Shown: positions 57,823 through 64,000 of the stretch, in pieces
Layout: each line of letters opens with the position of its first letter
Position numbering within the stretch: position 1 is the stretch's first letter
The notes under the pieces: generated by a model
Seen by the model: the letters and a program-made list of their open reading frames with translations, nothing else
Told to the model about the DNA's origin: nothing
Database searches by the model: none
Source: Dehalococcoidia bacterium
Lineage (GTDB): Bacteria > Chloroflexota > Dehalococcoidia > UBA2979
NCBI GenBank assembly: GCA_036013055.1
Contig: DASCQM010000011.1
Location: 1,132-65,131 of the forward strand
Reading direction: 5' to 3'
Length of the DNA stretch: 64,000 nucleotides
Position numbers and translations under genes: made by a program

Positions 57823-57909
57823 GCCCGTCGGATGACGGGCCCTTCCTCTATCTGCAGTGCTTGGAGCGGGAGAAGGAATTCGAACCCTCGACCCTCTGCT
57901 CGCGAAGCA
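57823..57909 (-). repeat. repeat A: tRNA-Gly-like 3' half (57862-57909) plus spacer plus hairpin (57823-57840); diverged copy
   Basis: The minus strand reads ...UGCUUCGCGAGCAGAGGGUCGAGGGUUCGAAUUCCUUCUCCCGCUCCA. Hairpin GCCCGTC-GGAT-GACGGGC. No 5' acceptor strand or D arm. Confidence 0.8.
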
Positions 57910-57971
57910 TGGTGGTTTGCCGGGCGGCACGTGGCCGAAAGCCGGTCAGTTCAATTCACCCGGTCGACGGC

Positions 57972-58628
57972 TCAGCTCCCGGCCCACTCGCGGAGCGCAG
58001 CCTCCAACTCCTCGACCGACCCCACCCGGGCATACACATCGCCCACCTCGCGCTCCTGTCCAACCCCTCCCGGAGCGAAGAACACGCAGTGCAATCCCGC
58101 CGCGCGCGCCGCGTCGACGCCGCGGGGCGAGTCCTCGACGGCAATGCACTCCCCGGCGCCCAGGGCTGTCCGCTCGATCCCCGCAAGATACCCATCCGGA
58201 TGCGGCTTCGCGCGCTCGTAGTCCTCGCGCACGACCGCAAACTCCATGTGCTCCAGCAGCCCCGACCGCTCATGGATGATCTCGAAGTGCTCGCGGAGCG
58301 ACGAAGTCACGATTCCCATCGAGAACCCCTCCTTCAAACGGCCCAGCAAGGCCGCCATCCCCGGCATCACGACGTTCTCGATCCGCAGCAGCTCGCCGTA
58401 GAGCGCATCCCGCCGCGCATACAGATCCTCCAGCGCCTCGCCTTGAAGCCCCGATAGCGACAACAAGCTCACGCCCTGCTTCAAGTTGATCTTCTCGAAC
58501 TGCTCCCAGCTCGCCGTCACGCCCAGCGTCGCTAGCTCCCGCCGGTTGGCCTCAAAGAACAACGGCTCGGTGTCCACCAGCACGCCGTCGTTGTCCCACA
58601 AGATGGCGCGGCGCCGCTGACTCACCAT
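57972..58628 (-). CDS. HAD-superfamily hydrolase (beta-phosphoglucomutase-like subfamily IA)
   Basis: ATG 58628 within ORF 57972..58694. AILWDNDGVLVDTE (motif I DxDG), IVTSS (motif II), K...EDSPRGVDAARAAG (motifs III/IV). Confidence 0.8.
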   Translation of the reverse strand: MVSQRRRAILWDNDGVLVDTEPLFFEANRRELATLGVTASWEQFEKINLKQGVSLLSLSGLQGEALEDLYARRDALYGELLRIENVVMPGMAALLGRLKEGFSMGIVTSSLREHFEIIHERSGLLEHMEFAVVREDYERAKPHPDGYLAGIERTALGAGECIAVEDSPRGVDAARAAGLHCVFFAPGGVGQEREVGDVYARVGSVEELEAALREWAGS

Positions 58629-58749
58629 CGCATCTACACCTCCCACGGCGCACGCCTCGGTTGATGAACGTATCGATTCGTCGTCGGCGATCAACTGTCG
58701 GATCGCCCTGGAAGTCCCGTAGTCAGGACCGAACGCAGGGCCACGAGGT

Positions 58750-58829
58750 AAGGCCCACCGATTGGCGGGCCCTACCTCTATCTATTCTAGTTGGAGCGGG
58801 AGAAGGGATTCGAACCCTCGACCCTCTGC
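58750..58829 (-). repeat. repeat B: hairpin (58752-58771) plus spacer plus tRNA-Gly-like 3' segment (58792-58829)
   Basis: 77/80 identical to repeat C. Identity to the tRNA stops at the 3' strand of the anticodon stem. Confidence 0.85.
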
Positions 58830-59039
58830 CGGGGAGTCAGAGGATGATAGCGGACTTCAATCGAGTCCCTCCGTCACATGGTTGTGGCAATGAACACGGC
58901 ATTGTGAGGACACGGCCAACCGAGGCCTGAACATCTCACGTTGGAGATCCCCGGAGTACTGGGACCTCAGGCTGGCGTCGAAGGGCGGCTCTTCCGTCTG
59001 AACACCAGCCGCCCCGTGAGAGACACACGATCGTCGCGG

Positions 59040-60107
59040 CTAGACGTCATGCAGCTCCTTGATCAGCCACTGGAGCCGTTCCTCGGTCGGAACCGCCGCC
59101 TTCGCCTCCTTGCTGGCGTCGCCCCCGTAGGTGCCGGCGCGCTCGCGACCGCTCGGCATCCGGAAGCTGATCCGGTCCGCATACTCGAAGTGCTCTCGAG
59201 CAAACTGTGGGAGGTTGTCGTAGGTCGTCGCATTCGCCATCTCAAGGGCGACTTCAAAATTGACCGCGTCGAACATCTTGTCCCACTGGCCCTTCTGCGA
59301 GAGCTCGTGAAGCTGCATCCCCAACGACTCGAGACCGTGCGCCCGGAACACACCGTGATAGGACCGCGTAGAGCCATAGAACGAGATCGGACGGCGCAGC
59401 GCTTCGATCGACTGCTCGACCTCAGTGTCAGTCTCCCCGAACGCGTTGAAGCCACCCACGGAGATACTGATGTCGTCGACCGAACGCCCAGCACGCTTTG
59501 CACCCTTCGCAACTGCGGGGAGCACCGTTTCGCGAAGGTACTTCTCGGTCATGAAGCCGTGCGGTCGAAGGCCGTCCGCGCTGTAGCCAGCGGCTTCGGC
59601 CATTCGTGGCCCCACACTTGCCAGTGAGATCTTTGGGTGCGGGTAGTCGATCGGGCCAGGACTGAAGGCTGGCGTCATCAGCGTGTAGTTGTAGTCTTCG
59701 GTGGCGTATTGAGGCTTCTCGCCCTCCTGCCAGGAGCGCCAGATCGCGCGCATCATGCCGATGTAACTCTCCATGCGTTTTGCCGGTGGCGTCCAGGTCC
59801 CGCCGAAGCGGCGCAGATTGTGGCCCTTTACCTGACTACCGAGTCCGAGGTTGATACGCCCCTTGCTGAACTCCTGCAGATCCCAGGCCGACTGCGCCAT
59901 CACCATCGGCGAGCGCGGGAACGCGATGGTGACGCTGGTGGCCAACTCGATGCTTTCGGTGTGCTCAGCGGCGAGTGTCAGCGCGAGGATCGAGTTGTGC
60001 TTCAGCTCGCCCGTGCTGATTCCGTCGAAACCGGCGGCCTCAGCGGCCTGTACCTGATCCTTAACGTTGCCAAGCCACGTTTCCCCGTAACCCGTCGTTA
60101 CCTTCAT
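59040..60107 (-). CDS. LLM-class F420-dependent oxidoreductase
   Basis: ATG 60107 (GGGAGGA upstream) within ORF 59040..60161. GFDGISTGELKHNSILALTLAAEHTESIELATSVTIAFPRSPMV...RINLGLGSQVKGH is an LLM TIM-barrel pattern. Confidence 0.8.
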   Translation of the reverse strand: MKVTTGYGETWLGNVKDQVQAAEAAGFDGISTGELKHNSILALTLAAEHTESIELATSVTIAFPRSPMVMAQSAWDLQEFSKGRINLGLGSQVKGHNLRRFGGTWTPPAKRMESYIGMMRAIWRSWQEGEKPQYATEDYNYTLMTPAFSPGPIDYPHPKISLASVGPRMAEAAGYSADGLRPHGFMTEKYLRETVLPAVAKGAKRAGRSVDDISISVGGFNAFGETDTEVEQSIEALRRPISFYGSTRSYHGVFRAHGLESLGMQLHELSQKGQWDKMFDAVNFEVALEMANATTYDNLPQFAREHFEYADRISFRMPSGRERAGTYGGDASKEAKAAVPTEERLQWLIKELHDV

Positions 60108-60332
60108 TTCATTCCTCCCAAGCCGGCTGCTACCGGACTGACTCGAAACCGACCGAATCATCGTCGAGCCACCGCCTCACGTCTAGGTGCATCTGAGGTT
60201 GGGCTTGGATGGAGGCAGAGCCGCGATTCGATCCACGCGCGATTTGACCCGTGCGGTGCCGTCTGCGTCCTTGGGATCTCGCCGTGACGAAGCGTGCTCA
60301 GAAGGCAGATGGCCCACGTCTCGGACGCGAAG

Positions 60333-60422
60333 AAGGCCCGCCGATTGGCGGGCCTTACCTCCATCTATTCTAGTTGGAGCGGGAGAAGGGATTCGAACCC
60401 TCGACCCTCTGCTTGGGAAGCA
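60333..60422 (-). repeat. repeat C: perfect hairpin (60335-60354) plus spacer plus tRNA-Gly(CCC) 3' half, nt ~29-76 (60375-60422)
   Basis: The minus strand reads UGC-UUCCCAA-GCAGA-GGGUC-GAGGG-UUCGAAU-CCCUU-CUCCCGC-U-CCA. The upstream sequence cannot form the D arm or the 5' acceptor strand GCGGGAG. Hairpin GGCCCGCC-GATT-GGCGGGCC. Confidence 0.85.
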
Positions 60423-60485
60423 CGCTGGTCAGACTCATTTTGCGAATTCTGCGACGACCTCTGACTACCCTCGGCGAATCTGGAA

Positions 60486-60507
60486 ATGGCAGGGGGGATG
60501 GCAGGGG
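60486..60507. repeat. two tandem ATGGCAGGGG direct repeats (12-bp phase) between repeat C and the integrase stop; candidate arm-type recombinase sites
   Basis: ATGGCAGGGG at 60486-60495 and 60498-60507. A related GCAGGGG lies at 61747-61753 on the other side of the integrase gene. Confidence 0.35.
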
Positions 60508-60616
60508 TTTCAACGATTTCTAGCGTCGGTGAGATGTCGGTGACCAGTTTCAGCACTTCAGGGAAGCTTCAGGAGAAACGCCGCCTGGCGGCCCCCGTTG
60601 CCCACGTGCCAGTTGA

Positions 60617-61591
60617 TCAGGCGCTAGACTCAGATTCTGCGGCAGGGCTGCGGTAGATCTGCGGTGAAATCGGCTGCCTGGAGAGCATCTGGTCGGCTGG
60701 CGAGAAGCGATGATGCCGCATCGCGGCCTGCTCTGAGCGGTAGCTCGAAGAATACCGCCGCACCATGTCCGGGGATGAGTGTCCGAGCAAGTATTGGACG
60801 TCGAGTTCGCGAGCATCGTGCTCGATCGCCCAGGTAGCGAACGTGTGACGGAAGCGGTGTGCATGCACCTTCGCGATGCCGGTCTCGCGGCCGAGTCGCC
60901 GCAGCATCTGCTTCAGGCCGTTGGGACGAAGCGCGACGCCATCCTTCAGCTGCCCCTGAGAAGTCGACGCGAGGAAGAGCGGCCCCTCGACAGTGCCGCG
61001 GGCGATGAGGTAGCTCTCGATTGCGTCTCGACATCGCTCGGCGAACGGGACGACGCGCTGTTTGCTCCCCTTGCCAAGACGCACAAGTAGTCGCTGTACC
61101 TCGACGTCGAGATCACTCAGATCGAGATGAACGACTTCGGAGCAGCGCAGGCCCGTGTCGACGAGCGTGAACAAGAGAGCTCGGTTGCGCACGCCAACAG
61201 GTCCGTCCCCGCACTCCGCCAGAAGCTGTCCCACCTCCTCGGCGGAGAATGGCTGCACGACGCGCTGCGGCAAACGAATGTTCTTCACGCCGCGGAACGG
61301 CGATTCCTCTAGGTATCCCGACTCGACGAGCCAACTGAAGAAGCACCTCACCTCACGGAAGTATCGATGCCTCGTGTCTGCTGAGAGGTCAGTGAATCGA
61401 CCGAGGTAAACATAGATGTGGTCACGCTCGATGGCGTCAGCGCGGTCAGGTACACCTTCTTCACCGAGCAGTGCGACGAAGCGTTCCAGCGTCCAGCGAT
61501 ACGCGCGAACGGTGTTCGGTGACTTGCCTTCGACGTCGCAGCGCAGCAGGTAGAGGTCGACCAGGTCGGTGAGGTGATTCATCTGGTGCAT
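60617..61591 (-). CDS. tyrosine site-specific recombinase/integrase (XerC/D-like architecture)
   Basis: N-terminal SAM-like core-binding domain (TVRAYRWTLERFVALL). Catalytic residues in order: R (DTGLRCSE), K (GKGSKQRVV), H-x-x-R (HRFRHTFAT), H (LGHSS), Y (VRRYSSSY). ATG 61591 or 61582 is preferred over the TTG 61618 of the ORF track. Confidence 0.88.
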   Translation of the reverse strand: MHQMNHLTDLVDLYLLRCDVEGKSPNTVRAYRWTLERFVALLGEEGVPDRADAIERDHIYVYLGRFTDLSADTRHRYFREVRCFFSWLVESGYLEESPFRGVKNIRLPQRVVQPFSAEEVGQLLAECGDGPVGVRNRALLFTLVDTGLRCSEVVHLDLSDLDVEVQRLLVRLGKGSKQRVVPFAERCRDAIESYLIARGTVEGPLFLASTSQGQLKDGVALRPNGLKQMLRRLGRETGIAKVHAHRFRHTFATWAIEHDARELDVQYLLGHSSPDMVRRYSSSYRSEQAAMRHHRFSPADQMLSRQPISPQIYRSPAAESESSA

Positions 61592-61752
61592 GGACGCTCT
61601 ATGTGGGCGACGAGTCAAGGTGGAGACACTGCATGCGCTCGCTTGTGTCTAGCGACGGACCAGCCCCGGTTGGCGCGATAGAATCTGCTATATTGCGTGC
61701 TCATCCGGGCTAGGTCGCAATCCAACGCGGCGCTCGCCGTGGAACCGCAGGG

Positions 61753-62676
61753 GTGGAATCGGGATTGAAGCCAGCCGCGTTCGAGTACTTTGACCCAGAG
61801 ACCGTGTCGGAGTGCCTCGCTCTGCTATCGGAGCACGGCGACGAGGCGAAGTTGATCGCTGGTGGGCAGAGCCTCGCTCCCCTCATGAATTTCCGTCTGG
61901 CGCAGCCAGGCATCGTCGTCGATCTCAACCGCATCGAGTCCCTCTCGTACATTCGTACCGACGGGGATGTCCTGCGGATTGGCGCCATGACGCGGCAGCG
62001 CGAGATTGAGATGGACGCGGTCACCCGCGAGTTCGCGCCACTGCTCGCGGAGGCTATCCCACATATCGGACACTTTCAGATTCGAAACAGGGGCACAATC
62101 GGCGGCAGTCTGGCTCACGCGGATCCAGCGGCAGAACTCCCGGCAGTGCTATTGGCGCTGGACGCAACGCTGCTGATTCAAGGCCCCGGCGGCGAACGGA
62201 CCGAGACCGCCACCAACTTCTTCCACGGGTACCTCACTACGTCACTTGCTCCCGACGAGATTCTCAGCGAGATCGCGATCCCTCGGGCCGACGTGCGCGA
62301 AGGCTGTTCGGTGCTCGAACTGACCGAGCGTCACGGCGACTTTGCGCTCGTTGGCGTCGCCTGCAGGCTCACGACCGACGCTGAAGGCGTGATCTCCGAC
62401 GCTGCCGTCTCGCTGTTCGGGGTGAGCGACCGGCCAGTGCTGGCACCTGCAGTCGAGGCGCTGGTGGGAGGGGCCGGGGGCAACTTCAGCGAGGTCGCAC
62501 AATCGATCTCGGAGACGTTGACACCCGACTCGGACAGTCATGCCTCAGCTGAATATCGATCACGCGTCGCCGGTGTTCTCGCGCGACGAGCGCTCGAAGA
62601 GGCATATGAGAGGTCGACCGATGCGTCGGCCTCGGTCGAATCGCGCACATGCCCGCTGACGCCGCCGACCTCGTAG
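61753..62676 (+). CDS. FAD-binding subunit of a xanthine dehydrogenase/CO dehydrogenase-family molybdoenzyme (CoxM/subunit M type)
   Basis: KPAAFEYFDPETVSECLALL...KLIAGGQSLAPLMNFRLA...IRNRGTIGGSLAHADPAAELPAVLLAL is the FAD_binding_5/CO_deh_flav_C pattern. The start is uncertain (GTG 61753 or TTG 61765). Confidence 0.8.
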   Translation: MESGLKPAAFEYFDPETVSECLALLSEHGDEAKLIAGGQSLAPLMNFRLAQPGIVVDLNRIESLSYIRTDGDVLRIGAMTRQREIEMDAVTREFAPLLAEAIPHIGHFQIRNRGTIGGSLAHADPAAELPAVLLALDATLLIQGPGGERTETATNFFHGYLTTSLAPDEILSEIAIPRADVREGCSVLELTERHGDFALVGVACRLTTDAEGVISDAAVSLFGVSDRPVLAPAVEALVGGAGGNFSEVAQSISETLTPDSDSHASAEYRSRVAGVLARRALEEAYERSTDASASVESRTCPLTPPTS

Positions 62677-64000
62677 TACGCAACGGATGGGTCGTCAGCG
62701 AATCCGGACGTTTCCGAGGAGGTGTCGCGGTACGCGGCGAGACGATCGTGGCTGTGGGTCCCGACGACAGCCTGCCGCCCGCAGATCGTGTGATCGACGC
62801 CGAAGGGCAGTTCATCATTCCCGGACTGATCGACGCGCATGTCCACATGAGCAGCGAGGAGGACCCGACGATCGCGGAGGCGCTGGAAGCCAACCTCCCG
62901 GTTGAGACGGACGGGATGTTGCACGGTGGCGTCACCACGTTCGGCACGTTCGTCGCAGCAGCGAGCGACGAGTTGATCGCCGCCGTCAGCGATTCAATCT
63001 CCGGTCTCGACCGATGGTCCCACGTCGATTCCTTCTGTCACGCAGTGGTCCGGGATGAAGAGACCCTCGCAGTGATCCCCGACGCCTGGAGTCTCGGTGT
63101 CACGTCGTTCAAGCACTTCTACAACGCCTATCGCCGACGAGGGCACGAAGATCCGGGCCTTGCCTCGCTCTATCGCCCGGTCGAGAACGATGTCCTGCTG
63201 CGCTCGATGAAGCTGATCCAGTCGCTCGGACAGCCGGGCGTGGCGATGGTTCATGCCGAGGACATCGACATCATCAGTGTCGCCGAGGCAGAGGTGTCGG
63301 CGACCGGGCGGCGCGACCTCAAGGCGTGGAGTGACAGCCGGCCGAACATGGCCGAGTTTCTCCGCGTCGGGCAGGCGATCGAACTCAGCAAGTTCACTGG
63401 CTGTCCGCTGTACATCGTCCACATGTCGACGCAGGAAGCCTGCGCCATGGTAGGAGCGGCCAGGCGCGACGGGCTGCCGATCTGGTCAGAGGTCGGACCG
63501 CACTGGCTAACCCATCACGGCGACATGGAGGCGGAAATCGGCTGCTGGGGCAAGGTGAACGCGCCGCTCCGTTCACCGGCCGACAACGAGGCGCTGTGGA
63601 GAGGCTTCCATTCGGACTCCGTCACCTGCCTCGGTACGGACCACGGCACGGGTGGGAGGACGCACGAGACCAAGGAGAAGGGCGGCGGCAAGCACGACAA
63701 CATCTGGGCCGCTCGACCCGGTATCAAGGGGGGCAGCGAGCACATGCTCCCCGTGATGATGACCTACGGCGTCCACACCGGACGCATCTCGATCGAAGAC
63801 CTCGTCCGGACCGGGTCAGCGACGACGGCCCGCGTCTTCGGCCTCTACCCGCGCAAGGGCATCCTCGCTCCGGGCGCGGACGCAGATATCGTGATCGTCG
63901 ACCCCGATCGGGAGGCGGTTGTCGACGACGACTTCTACCACGGCCTGTGCGAGGTGAGCATCTACGCCGGCCACCAGCTGCGAGGGATGGCACGCACCAC
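62649..64000 (+). CDS. cyclic amidohydrolase (dihydropyrimidinase/hydantoinase-like), 3' end outside the window
   Basis: ATG 62649 overlaps the previous gene by 28 nt. MPADAADLVVRNGWVV...IIPGLIDAHVHM...TSFKHF...MVHAED...YIVHMST...CLGTDHG is the metal-ligand series of the amidohydrolase superfamily. The frame is open to nt 64000, so it is absent from the ORF track. Confidence 0.8.
   Translation, partial: MPADAADLVVRNGWVVSESGRFRGGVAVRGETIVAVGPDDSLPPADRVIDAEGQFIIPGLIDAHVHMSSEEDPTIAEALEANLPVETDGMLHGGVTTFGTFVAAASDELIAAVSDSISGLDRWSHVDSFCHAVVRDEETLAVIPDAWSLGVTSFKHFYNAYRRRGHEDPGLASLYRPVENDVLLRSMKLIQSLGQPGVAMVHAEDIDIISVAEAEVSATGRRDLKAWSDSRPNMAEFLRVGQAIELSKFTGCPLYIVHMSTQEACAMVGAARRDGLPIWSEVGPHWLTHHGDMEAEIGCWGKVNAPLRSPADNEALWRGFHSDSVTCLGTDHGTGGRTHETKEKGGGKHDNIWAARPGIKGGSEHMLPVMMTYGVHTGRISIEDLVRTGSATTARVFGLYPRKGILAPGADADIVIVDPDREAVVDDDFYHGLCEVSIYAGHQLRGMART

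Larger units (their letters stand above)
57823..61618 (-). mobile_element. integrase-associated array: tyrosine recombinase plus three tRNA-Gly 3'-half/hairpin repeats bracketing two single-gene cassettes (island junction or cassette array)
   Basis: See the repeat features A, B and C and the integrase CDS. All components are co-oriented on the minus strand. Confidence 0.5.

Noticed and set aside
57862-60422. The three tRNA-like segments read as intact tRNA-Gly genes, or as a tRNA-Sec or tmRNA 3' end.
   Set aside because: In all three copies the sequence 5' of the anticodon stem cannot supply the acceptor strand GCGGGAG or a D arm. An 85-nt fold of copy B gives no canonical anticodon loop (no U33, no UCA). 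The T stem abuts CUCCCGC-U-CCA, which fits tRNA-Gly rather than a tmRNA alanine-type acceptor.
57823-60422. The repeats read as classical integron attC sites.
   Set aside because: I found no RYYYAAC...GTTRRRY core pair at the repeat ends. The recombinase is co-oriented with and upstream of the cassettes, with no recognisable attI/Pc arrangement. The integron analogy is kept only as a loose hypothesis.

Overview
High-GC (by eye about 65%) bacterial chromosomal segment, densely coding, with about 65 supportable genes. There are no rRNA genes, no intact tRNA genes and no CRISPR array.

Content, from start to end:
- An Rrf2 regulator divergent from two membrane-protein genes.
- A carboxyltransferase plus two family-III CoA-transferases.
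- A lipid-anchored blue-copper protein divergent from an aa3-type cytochrome c oxidase operon (subunits II, I, IV, III).
- A long stretch of accessory metabolism: SDRs, MFS transporters, SAM methyltransferases, F420/LLM oxidoreductases, several more CoA-transferases, an acyl-CoA dehydrogenase, an M20 amidohydrolase and a ThuA-like protein.
- A DEAD-box helicase.
- A three-gene LicD cassette (aminotransferase, nucleotidyltransferase-PLP fusion, LicD).
- A CheY-type receiver next to an eroded Hanks-type kinase.
- An Fe-siderophore/B12-type ABC importer.
- An ion-homeostasis cluster (USP, CaCA antiporter, CBS protein, NhaA).
- At the right end, a tyrosine recombinase, followed by an FAD-subunit gene and a hydantoinase-like gene that runs off the window.

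The gene mix (auracyanin-like cupredoxin, many CaiB-type transferases, F420-LLM enzymes) resembles Chloroflexota-type genomes. That is only an inference.

Most interesting observations:
1. 57.8-61.6 kb: three direct copies of a tRNA-Gly(CCC) 3' half, each with a hairpin. They bracket two single-gene cassettes and abut the recombinase. No complete tRNA is present.
2. 40838: an in-frame TGA sits exactly at the first Cys position of a thioredoxin-fold CxxC motif, with a SECIS-like hairpin downstream. This is a candidate UxxC selenoprotein.
3. 10701: a second in-frame TGA inside a short stretch with strong coding signal, again followed by a hairpin.
4. The LicD cassette has FrbH-like fusion architecture and suggests a CMP-activated amino-alkyl phosph(on)ate head-group pathway.
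5. A shared GGGACATTCGTC/GTCCC word set links the Rrf2 promoter region to the oxidase/cupredoxin promoter region.

All functional calls come from reading translated motifs by eye. No database search was possible.
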